DNA from: a virus
Reading direction: 5' to 3' (one strand)
Virus genome (UHGV): UHGV-0205814
DNA length: 39,330 bases
Shown here: one piece after another, positions 19,871 through 27,392 of the stretch
Layout: each line of letters opens with the position of its first letter
Numbering within the stretch: the stretch's first letter is position 1
Notes under the pieces: generated by a model
Database searches by the model: none
What the model was told of the DNA's origin: nothing
Seen by the model: only the letters and a program-made list of their open reading frames with translations
Translations under genes and position numbers: made by a program

Positions 19871-20425
19871 CTATTTATATTTTTTAATAAATCTTTCTGT
19901 TATTACATCTTTATAACATTCTTTAAAATATTTTATTTCTTCCCAATCAAAGTATTCTTTTATGTTTTCATCAGTTAAATCTTCTGTATAACTTTTAAGA
20001 TTTTCACTTGAATATTTCCAACCGCATAACTCATCATTTTTAATTCTATATACAATTTTTTTATTAGATATTCTTTTGATTTCATAATAGTATTTATTAT
20101 AAAAATATTGTTCTAATACTTTTTCTTTATTCCAGCCTTTTAGTAAATACTTAAATCTTAGATATTTAAAATTCTTTTTGCATTTTTTATCTAAATATTC
20201 TAAAAATTCAATAAATATAATACACACAACCCACCAACTCAAAAATATTGCTTTTAATTCTTCATTAATAAAAAATTTATATATATTTTTGATTTTTTTA
20301 TATTTTTTCTTGTATTCAAGATAATATTTTATTTTTATAAATAGCCATATAAAAAAAGTTAAAAGACAACCAATTAAGTAGATGTAACACAGTTTTATTA
20401 AATCTATTGTTATTGTGAATTTCAT
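19871..20425 (-). CDS. K/Y/F-rich membrane protein (2 predicted TM helices)
   Basis: Two N-proximal hydrophobic helices (LCYIYLIGCLLTFFIWLFI, IFLSWWVVCIIFIEFL). Extremely AT-rich codon content compared with its neighbours. Confidence 0.35.
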   Translation of the reverse strand: MKFTITIDLIKLCYIYLIGCLLTFFIWLFIKIKYYLEYKKKYKKIKNIYKFFINEELKAIFLSWWVVCIIFIEFLEYLDKKCKKNFKYLRFKYLLKGWNKEKVLEQYFYNKYYYEIKRISNKKIVYRIKNDELCGWKYSSENLKSYTEDLTDENIKEYFDWEEIKYFKECYKDVITERFIKKYK

Positions 20426-21066
20426 TTTGCTTCTCCTTGATTTTCTATTATTTCATTTAATCTTTTAATTTCTCTGTCTTGATCCTCTAATAGTTTTTTA
20501 CTATTAGTGTAATTTATAACTGTTGAATTTAAACCTTTTCCCATATCACAATAATCAATTAAATTTATATTGTTTGTTCCATTTGCTGCGTCGTGAACTC
20601 CAATATAATATTGTGTTACTGGGTAATTATGCCTAGTATATGCTTTGTAAATCTTAGTAAATTCAAAAGTTAAAAATTTTTCTAACTCATCAGAAGACAT
20701 TGAACACATTTTTTGCCAACCATCTAAGGCATCTATAACTGCGTGTATTCCTTTGTCTTTAAACTCTACACTGCCATAGCTTCCATATCTGACAATAGTA
20801 TTTTTTAGCATTTGTTTAGCCAAAACTATTCTGTCATCAAGTTCATTTTCTGTTGTGTGTGTTGCATACTGTATAATCTCTGCAACTTGTGGGAAATTTT
20901 TATATACTCTATTTCTAACCATAGAAATAAAAGCATTGTCTAATTGTTCAGCTGTTAAATTGCTTAATGCCAAACAGTAAATATTTGCTTTTTCTTTTGT
21001 CATATCTCCAACTGGAAAATAATCTAAAAATTTTTTAAAACTGATATTAAATTCTTCCTTAGTCAT
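20422..21066 (-). CDS. replication-associated protein (possible helicase-loader-like)
   Basis: Immediately downstream of and overlapping the replisome organiser gene, as G39P follows G38P in SPP1. No motif recognised. Confidence 0.3.
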   Translation of the reverse strand: MTKEEFNISFKKFLDYFPVGDMTKEKANIYCLALSNLTAEQLDNAFISMVRNRVYKNFPQVAEIIQYATHTTENELDDRIVLAKQMLKNTIVRYGSYGSVEFKDKGIHAVIDALDGWQKMCSMSSDELEKFLTFEFTKIYKAYTRHNYPVTQYYIGVHDAANGTNNINLIDYCDMGKGLNSTVINYTNSKKLLEDQDREIKRLNEIIENQGEAK

Positions 21067-21889
21067 TTTTTAAACCATACCTCCTGTTCATTTGCTCTAT
21101 ATAATCATCATCTACTAAAAATTGACTTGTGTCCTTACTTTCAGCTATCTTATTGCCATAATTATTGCAAGTCTTAGATTGCTTATATTTTGCTATCCAT
21201 TCAGGCTCTAATCCTTGCCATTCCTTTTCCATAGCAATATTTATAGCTTCATCTAAAATAAACCAATTAGGGAAGTCTTTAATTATTTTCTGTATAGGAA
21301 CTATTGTTTTTATTGGCTTTTTGATAGATTTTCTATATTCTACATACTTAAATAAAAGCTCTTTATAATCTTCATCAGCTTCTAAGTTAGTGATATAGTT
21401 TTCAAGTTCATTTTTAGCTTTTTCTTTTTTATATTTTTCTTTATTAACTGTATTACTAATTGTATTACTAACAACTGTATTACTACCTTTAGCATTTTCT
21501 AAATACCCCTGTTTAGAAAATTTAATAGGGTCGTTAGTTTTTTTAATACCCTCTTTAATTTCCTTAATACCCTGTTTAGTTTCTTTTCTTAATTCATTCA
21601 TTTTATTTTTATTAATTCTTATAATTCTTTTTTCTATTTGTTTTTTTTCATTTTTAATAAATTGAATAGTTATAAACTTTTTTTCTTCAAGTGATGAAAT
21701 AACCTGTGAACATCTACCTTTTGTTACTCCAAAAAATTCAGAAAAATGCGAATTAGTGGCATAGCAGCCATCTTCTCCGTCTAAACTATCTATTTCTATT
21801 AAAAATACTTTTTCTTGTAATGTTAAATCTTTATTTTCCCATATTTCTTTTGGTATCCATACACCTTTAAAATCTCTTTGATTAGACAT
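21059..21889 (-). CDS. phage replisome organiser / DnaD-like replication initiation protein
   Basis: N-terminal winged-helix segment GVWIPKEIWENKDLTLQEKVFLIEIDSLD...GCYATNSHFSEFFGVTKGRCSQVISSLEEKKFI resembles the replisome-organiser N-domain. C-terminal DnaD-like region. Confidence 0.65.
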   Translation of the reverse strand: MSNQRDFKGVWIPKEIWENKDLTLQEKVFLIEIDSLDGEDGCYATNSHFSEFFGVTKGRCSQVISSLEEKKFITIQFIKNEKKQIEKRIIRINKNKMNELRKETKQGIKEIKEGIKKTNDPIKFSKQGYLENAKGSNTVVSNTISNTVNKEKYKKEKAKNELENYITNLEADEDYKELLFKYVEYRKSIKKPIKTIVPIQKIIKDFPNWFILDEAINIAMEKEWQGLEPEWIAKYKQSKTCNNYGNKIAESKDTSQFLVDDDYIEQMNRRYGLKND

Positions 21890-22206
21890 TATTCATCACC
21901 TACAACTTTTTTTAGAACTTTAAAATCTATTCTATAAAAAGAATTTTCTATATCTCCAATATAACTTTTTTCTATAATTTTATTAGAAATTAGAGTATTC
22001 ACAACCATTTCAAGTTCCCTTAAACTTAATCCATTTGCTTCTTTTGATAATTCTGCAACTGGAAACCAATCATTTAACATAAAAGTCGCTTTTTTAAGTT
22101 CCTCAATTAAAATAGTTAATACATAAGTTTCATTAATTCCTAACTTTTCTATAAGTTCTTTGTCTAGTGATAAAAATTCTTTTAAAAAAAATTTCTTTTT
22201 GTTCAT
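21889..22206 (-). CDS. hypothetical protein (first gene of replication operon)
   Basis: 105 aa with a strong RBS (AGGAGGT). Start/stop overlaps the downstream gene. Confidence 0.35.
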   Translation of the reverse strand: MNKKKFFLKEFLSLDKELIEKLGINETYVLTILIEELKKATFMLNDWFPVAELSKEANGLSLRELEMVVNTLISNKIIEKSYIGDIENSFYRIDFKVLKKVVGDE

Positions 22207-22266
22207 TTACATTACCTCCTGTATATTTGGAGAGCCTTGGTAGTTCTCCTTTTATTAATTCAATTA

Positions 22267-22360
22267 GTAGAGCCTATATAGAGCCTACCAAAGCGACATA
22301 TAGACCCCACTAATTCAAGTAATAAATTTACTAGATACTTACTAGAAAGTTACTAGATAT
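22267..22360. repeat. iteron-like tandem direct repeats (2x TAGAGCCTAnn, 3x TTACTAGAnnn) next to an AT-rich stretch; candidate origin
   Basis: TAGAGCCTATA/TAGAGCCTACC at 22267-22288. TACTAGATAC/TTACTAGAAAG/TTACTAGATAT at 22328-22360. Followed by a >100-bp AT-rich stretch with CTTGAAAA repeats (22361-22470). Confidence 0.45.
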
Positions 22361-23003
22361 TTTTTAACTTCTCTTGAAAAAATCTTAATAATTTCATTGA
22401 TATATATAGAAAAAATTAATATTTATCTTGAAAAGCCTTAAAAAAATTTTGAAAGTTTTACATCATACATCTTTACCAGCTACCTAGAATTATCCACAGA
22501 TTAGGTCTTGCCTTTTCTGTGTTAGGTAAAGATGTAAGATGGTCGGTTTTGACATCATAAAACTGCGAACGACAAAATATATAGTTGTAAATTGACGGAC
22601 TTACAACGGTACGGCTAGCTTTAAAATTCAGACGTGGTCCTATAAAATCTACTAGCTTGTTTACACCCTAGAATGTTTTTAAATGCCGTTTTAAGCTCAG
22701 AAAACGGAAGAAAACATATAGATACAATATTTTACGAACTTGTATCGGTACGGCTAGGTCAAAAATATTTAAAAATACGACTAGCATTTTTACTCCAAAA
22801 CTCTATTGTCTTGGCGTTGTAAGATTAGTTCTTACACGCATAGCCACAAGAAAAACATCTTTCAGATTTTGGGAGGAGATAGAAAAACTTATGGCTATGT
22901 GTCTAAGGACTAGCCTTAGATAAATTAAAAAATTTAGACATTAAAGATTAAAGAATAGCCTTTTAATCTTTTTTGTTTTCAATTTTGTACGATTAAATCG
23001 GAA

Positions 23004-23234
23004 TTATAAATTAAAAAAAATTATAGGCATTTCAAGAGCCTCTTGTAATTTTAAAAGACTTTGAAGTCTTGGAAATTTTCCATCTTTCAATTTTAAAAGA
23101 ATTTCGGAAACTGCTTGTTTCCTATGCCCCATTTTATTAGCAACTTCATATCTATTGAGATTATTTTCTCTTAAATATAAATCTATTTTTGAATATAATT
23201 TTTGTGCAATTTTTTTTTCTTTATTTTTATTCAT
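23004..23234 (-). CDS. XRE-family helix-turn-helix transcriptional regulator
   Basis: 76 aa with an HTH (LNRYEVANKMGHRKQAVSEILL). RBS GGGAGGT. Operator-like motifs on both sides. Confidence 0.65.
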   Translation of the reverse strand: MNKNKEKKIAQKLYSKIDLYLRENNLNRYEVANKMGHRKQAVSEILLKLKDGKFPRLQSLLKLQEALEMPIIFFNL

Positions 23235-23290
23235 AAACTCACCTCCCTTTTTATTATATCCGTTTTAACTGGAAATGTCAAATATTTGAT

Positions 23291-23325
23291 TTCAAAATAA
23301 AAACCACTATTTAAAGTGGCTTTTA
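23291..23325 (-). terminator. Rho-independent terminator after the bPH_2 gene
   Basis: Stem CCACT/AGTGG (23304-23308 / 23315-23319) followed on the minus strand by TTTTTATTTT. It can also terminate plus-strand transcripts. Confidence 0.5.
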
Positions 23326-23341
23326 TCCTTTGTTTTAAAAA

Positions 23342-23827
23342 CTATTTATTTGCATTTTTCATAGCTTCAGCCATTAGCTTAGCTTGGTTTTCTATCTGTT
23401 CTTTTTTATAAACTTCAATTTGCTCTAAAACTTTATTTTTGAAAAATTCGGAATTTGCTATCCCTTTAAAATTAAATATACTAGAAGATGTTGAAATATC
23501 TATATTTCCATACCCTAGTATTCTTCCAAAAATACCTTGACTAACATAAATATCATTAATTTTGTCTAATGGTGCATCTAATGTTTGTTTTTTAAAAAAA
23601 CCACTTTCTCCACTGATTTTTTTATCATACAATATTAAATTTGTACAATAATACTTAATTAATGCTGGTACAGCAATTAATAATCCTATAATCAATGGTA
23701 CAAAACCAGCAGAAGACCCTCCTACTTTGAAAAATATAATTGCTTCTAAAAAAAATATTCCTGCAAAAATTCCTGGAATAATAAAAATTTTCCCACTGAT
23801 TTTTGCTTTCAATAACTCCTTGTTCAT
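23342..23827 (-). CDS. bacterial PH-domain (bPH_2 / YdbS-like) membrane protein
   Basis: Two N-terminal TM helices (IFIIPGIFAGIFFLEAIIFF, FVPLIIGLLIAVPALI) followed by a ~90-aa domain with the membrane-flanked PH architecture. Confidence 0.55.
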   Translation of the reverse strand: MNKELLKAKISGKIFIIPGIFAGIFFLEAIIFFKVGGSSAGFVPLIIGLLIAVPALIKYYCTNLILYDKKISGESGFFKKQTLDAPLDKINDIYVSQGIFGRILGYGNIDISTSSSIFNFKGIANSEFFKNKVLEQIEVYKKEQIENQAKLMAEAMKNANK

Positions 23828-23857
23828 AAAACTCCTCCCTTAATAATTTATATATCT

Positions 23858-23886
23858 ATTGTACTATATAATTCATAGTTTATCAA
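23858..23886 (-). promoter_or_regulatory. sigma-70-like promoter for the bPH_2 gene
   Basis: On the minus strand: TTGATA (-35, 23881-23886), a 17-nt spacer, TACAAT (-10, 23858-23863), then RBS GGGAGGAG and the ATG at 23827. Confidence 0.45.
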
Positions 23887-23971
23887 GAAACGAACAAAAT
23901 TTATTATAAATTTTTATTAAATAATTATAATGGAATTTTTGGAAAGAAAATTGAAAAAATTACTATTATTA

Positions 23972-24003
23972 GTTAATATAAAAAGCCACTTGTCAGGTGG
24001 CTT
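23972..24003 (-). terminator. Rho-independent terminator ending the three-gene cassette
   Basis: Stem AGCCAC/GTGGCT with loop TTGTCAG, followed on the minus strand by TTTTTATAT. Lies 6 nt downstream of the stop of the 24009-24551 gene. Confidence 0.55.
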
Positions 24004-24008
24004 GGGTA

Positions 24009-24551
24009 CTATTCTTTAAAATGGAAAGTTAAAATATCATAAATTGTTGAAATTATTGTTGCTATTGAAACTAATACTCCTATCCAAAATATAAAAACAT
24101 TAGTATCAAAGAAAAATCTTTTAAATAAAACATAAGTTCTTAAGTCACTAGAAATAAAAATTTGTGAATTAATAATTTTTAAAAAGAATTTGCTTTTTTC
24201 TTTTTCAATATTGATATTATTACTATCATCATTTTTAAAGGCTGTTACACTATATTTAAAATCATTGCTTATAATAGAGTTAGAAAAATAAATAAGCTCC
24301 TTTTTATTTAATTCATATAATAAATAAATTAATGAATATACTTCAGATATATATTTATTTGAAATGGTTCCATTAATTTTTATGGATTTATTAATTAAAA
24401 TGAAAACATTTTCTGTATTAACTTCAAGTCCATATTTATTTTTATGTCTTAAAAAACTTTGTAAAATATCTTTAAATAAATATCCTTGAACATTACTATC
24501 GTACTTACAAATATATACAATAAATCTCTTTTGAAAATTACTATACTTCAT
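24009..24551 (-). CDS. hypothetical protein with C-terminal transmembrane anchor (cassette gene C)
   Basis: 180 aa. Soluble N-terminal ~150 aa, then a single C-terminal hydrophobic helix (VFIFWIGVLVSIATIISTIYDIL). The start overlaps the stop of gene B by 11 nt. Confidence 0.5.
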   Translation of the reverse strand: MKYSNFQKRFIVYICKYDSNVQGYLFKDILQSFLRHKNKYGLEVNTENVFILINKSIKINGTISNKYISEVYSLIYLLYELNKKELIYFSNSIISNDFKYSVTAFKNDDSNNINIEKEKSKFFLKIINSQIFISSDLRTYVLFKRFFFDTNVFIFWIGVLVSIATIISTIYDILTFHFKE

Positions 24552-25362
24552 TTAAATTAACCCCTATAAATTTTTTTATATTATCTGATACTTTGGCATA
24601 TCCATCTTTGTATATTATTTTAACTTTATCTTGTGAGTGTATTTTTAAAAATTTTTCTTTAATATATTTAACAAGGCTAGTTTGTTCTTTATCAATTAGT
24701 ATCAAGGCTTTGATTTTATAGTTTTCTTTAACTTTTTTTTCCAGTTCACTAAATGCTTCATGTAAATCTAATTCTGTATATATTCCAGTAAAAATAATTG
24801 TATTATCATATTCAAAATAATCTATTTTATTATATAATTTATCTTCTAGTTTTACTATTTTCTTTTTACTTAATTTATTAAATTCTTCTACAAAATTATT
24901 AATTGCTACTTTAAACTCTCTTTCTTTTACTTCTTTATCTTTATTGTATATAATAGAATAATCATAAATGTAATTATAGTATTTTGAAATTGCAATTAAA
25001 TATTTTCCAATTTCTTCTTTCAGGTTAGCATTTTTATTTATTTCTTTTTCCATTAAAAGAGAGTGATTTATTTTTTCATTTTCAATATTTTTTATTAATT
25101 TTTCAAATGTTTTCTTATTTAAAAAGTAGTTCTTAATTATATTTTTATCTTTTTGAATATTTTTTATACTTTTTTCAACATATTTATACATATCGTTAGA
25201 AAAAACTATTTTATTTTCATTTTGTTTTATATAAAAATATATGAAATTTCCATCATTTAAAAATTGAGGAGTATAAAAAATAAACTCATCTTTTTTTTCT
25301 TCAGTAAAAAAAAGATTAGAAAATTCATCATTAATAATGTTATCCAATTTTTCTTTAAGCAT
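24541..25362 (-). CDS. hypothetical protein (cassette gene B)
   Basis: 273 aa, K/E/N-rich with no recognised motif. A perfect AGGAGG RBS sits 8-9 nt upstream of the ATG, inside the end of gene A (8-nt overlap). Confidence 0.5.
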   Translation of the reverse strand: MLKEKLDNIINDEFSNLFFTEEKKDEFIFYTPQFLNDGNFIYFYIKQNENKIVFSNDMYKYVEKSIKNIQKDKNIIKNYFLNKKTFEKLIKNIENEKINHSLLMEKEINKNANLKEEIGKYLIAISKYYNYIYDYSIIYNKDKEVKEREFKVAINNFVEEFNKLSKKKIVKLEDKLYNKIDYFEYDNTIIFTGIYTELDLHEAFSELEKKVKENYKIKALILIDKEQTSLVKYIKEKFLKIHSQDKVKIIYKDGYAKVSDNIKKFIGVNLNEV

Positions 25363-25861
25363 TTGTATTACCTCCTATTTTTAAATTTCTATCTTTACTA
25401 TACTTAGTATAATTGAATTTTAATAAAAATTCAATTATTTTTGCTTCATTAATTTGATTTTCTTGAAATATTTCTTCAATTTCATTAGATAAAGAAGTTC
25501 CATATAATTGTTCATCCGTTAAAATATCTTCACTGTTCTTTTGGCTGTTAATCTTATAAACTTTTATTTCCCAATACTTTTTTATATCTTTTTTCTTAAT
25601 AAACCAACCTTCATTTTCAACAATATATTGTATTTCTACTCTAAATTTTTCTTCACTAATGACATCAAAATAAAAAATTTTGAAAGAAACTTTTGTGATA
25701 TTTATATTTTCGTAGTAAGGAAAAATTTCTATTTTGTCTATAATTTCGTTTCCGCATTTAGTTAACGGTGCTTCTAAATAGCTTTCTTTTGCTTTTGGAA
25801 AATTACTATACTTAGGTTTAGATCCAAAAATATATTTCCCATTTTCTTTTTCTAAATCCAT
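25355..25861 (-). CDS. hypothetical protein (cassette gene A)
   Basis: 168 aa with no recognised motif. Very AT-rich. Separated from the upstream ImmA gene by 95 bp. Confidence 0.45.
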   Translation of the reverse strand: MDLEKENGKYIFGSKPKYSNFPKAKESYLEAPLTKCGNEIIDKIEIFPYYENINITKVSFKIFYFDVISEEKFRVEIQYIVENEGWFIKKKDIKKYWEIKVYKINSQKNSEDILTDEQLYGTSLSNEIEEIFQENQINEAKIIEFLLKFNYTKYSKDRNLKIGGNTNA

Positions 25862-25956
25862 TTTTTTAGCTTTTATAATATTTTCACACTTAATTTTAAT
25901 CCCTCCTACCCCAACTTATCAAATTTATCTTTAAACTTATCTAATATAGGCTTTTA

Positions 25957-26379
25957 TTAAAGCATTCCTCTCAATCTTTTTATTTCTTCCAACATCAAAA
26001 AATTAGTTTCTGTTTCTTTAAAATCATATTCCTCAAATACTTCATCATCTGGGATTAGTAAATAACTTGCAAATAAATTTGCTTCATCTTCTAATTTACT
26101 TCTTCTCAGTAAACTTGTGTTATCTATTAAAAACTGATGTTCACTTGATGAATGTAAAATAGCATGTCCTAGTTCGTGGCAACAAACTAACATTTTGTCA
26201 AACTCATTCAATTTTGAATTTATAAATATAAATTTTCTCCTTAAAACTCTTTTAAATAAACCCCTAACCTCTCCTAAATCTTCAATTAATACTTCAATAT
26301 TTAGTTTTTTGGCTAGTTTAAATGGATTTTTAGTTCCATATTTTACAATTAAATCTAAAACTTTTAATCTTATATCCAT
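25957..26379 (-). CDS. immA: ImmA/IrrE-family zinc metallopeptidase (anti-repressor protease)
   Basis: HEXXH motif (CCHELGHAILH) in a ~140-aa protein. Directly downstream of and co-oriented with the XRE repressor. Confidence 0.75.
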   Translation of the reverse strand: MDIRLKVLDLIVKYGTKNPFKLAKKLNIEVLIEDLGEVRGLFKRVLRRKFIFINSKLNEFDKMLVCCHELGHAILHSSSEHQFLIDNTSLLRRSKLEDEANLFASYLLIPDDEVFEEYDFKETETNFLMLEEIKRLRGML

Positions 26380-26391
26380 TTAATCGCCTAC

Positions 26392-26808
26392 CTATTTCTT
26401 TATCTTATTTTTTTCTTTTGCAATAAAAAATGCTGATTGAATAGCCATTAAAACTTTTTCTTTATCTTCCTCTGATATAGTTTCATCATTAAACATTAAT
26501 GCTGACTGTTCTATAATATCATTAAATTGTCTTTTGCCTCTACTGTCTAATTGTCTATATAGTGGATTTTGAAGTATCTTTATACCTATATCTTTTGGTA
26601 CAAAACTTGAAAATAATTCACTTCTTTCATCATCTGTCAACTTTAATGCTTTTGATAATTTTTCCAATGTTTTTATTGTAGATTTACTTTTACCAGTTTC
26701 TATATCTCCGACTGTTCCTTTTCCTACTCCTGCAAGTTCAGCAAGTTGTACTATTGTTAAATTCCTACTTTCTCTTAACTTTTTTAAAACTATTGCAGTT
26801 GTATTCAT
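26392..26808 (-). CDS. XRE-family phage repressor (ImmR/cI-like)
   Basis: N-terminal HTH (LTIVQLAELAGVGKGTVGDIETGKS), no S24 peptidase domain. Divergent from the early operon. Confidence 0.75.
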   Translation of the reverse strand: MNTTAIVLKKLRESRNLTIVQLAELAGVGKGTVGDIETGKSKSTIKTLEKLSKALKLTDDERSELFSSFVPKDIGIKILQNPLYRQLDSRGKRQFNDIIEQSALMFNDETISEEDKEKVLMAIQSAFFIAKEKNKIKK

Positions 26809-26849
26809 AAAAACCTCCTATTAATTAAGTATTTTTTATATTATAAAAC

Positions 26850-26975
26850 ATTTCCGATTAAAATAAAAATTTTTTCTTGACTTATCCGATTATTTAGGAT
26901 ATAATAAAGAAAAGATATGATTTAATGTGAATTACAAATTTTTTTAAACAAAGTATCCGTTTAAATCGGAATAAG
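26850..26975. promoter_or_regulatory. divergent immunity-switch promoter/operator region
   Basis: Rightward promoter TTGACT (26877-26882), 17-nt spacer, TATAAT (26900-26905). Three copies of the TCCGATT motif: 26853-26860(+), 26884-26892(+, inside the spacer), 26964-26970(-, within the inverted element ATCCGTTTAAATCGGAAT at 26955-26972). Confidence 0.55.
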
Positions 26976-26984
26976 GGGGATAAA

Positions 26985-27359
26985 ATGAAAAACTTCACAC
27001 TAGAATTTACATCAGGACAATGGATTATGTATTCAGAATATGAAGATTTATATGGAAGTGAAATAGATAACTATTTCAAGTTACCAGACCTAGCAAAATT
27101 AGAAGATGAATATACTTCTATAAATGCTTACTGGGATAATTCAGAAGAACAAGGTTATATAGATGTTGAGATAACTGCTGTTCATTCTGATAACACTTAT
27201 CCATTTAATTACAAATTCAATGATTTCAATAAGTTTGTTGAAGCATTGAACAGTTTAGAAAATGAAATAGAAATAGATAAGTTGAATGTAAATGATTGGG
27301 AATATGAAAAAGAAGACCCATACGGAAGTAGAGGGATATCAGTAAAAGATTTTATATAA
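26985..27359 (+). CDS. hypothetical acidic early protein (first gene of rightward operon)
   Basis: 124 aa, highly acidic, no HTH. Occupies the cro/antirepressor position. Confidence 0.35.
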   Translation: MKNFTLEFTSGQWIMYSEYEDLYGSEIDNYFKLPDLAKLEDEYTSINAYWDNSEEQGYIDVEITAVHSDNTYPFNYKFNDFNKFVEALNSLENEIEIDKLNVNDWEYEKEDPYGSRGISVKDFI

Positions 27360-27392
27360 GGGAGTGTAAAAGCTCCCTCTAAGGAGGAGAAA

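Noticed and set aside
22861-22925. 10-codon plus-strand ORF (MAMCLRTSLR) after a GGGAGGAG RBS
   Set aside because: Too short to call a gene. It overlaps a hairpin (CTAAGGactagCCTTAG), so the RBS-like string may be structural or coincidental. Kept only as part of the ncRNA finding.
22207-23003. Considered tRNA, tmRNA, CRISPR array or retron ncRNA in the 797-bp non-coding region
   Set aside because: No cloverleaf with a GTTCGAATC-type T-loop. No regularly spaced identical repeats with unique spacers. No reverse transcriptase gene nearby. The repeats present are short iteron-like tandem copies and a single 12-nt duplicate.
26955-26972. ATCCGTTTAAATCGGAAT as a perfect palindromic operator
   Set aside because: Arm-by-arm comparison shows it is not a perfect inverted repeat (mismatches at three positions). 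It is better described as one inverted TCCGATT copy plus a degenerate half-site.
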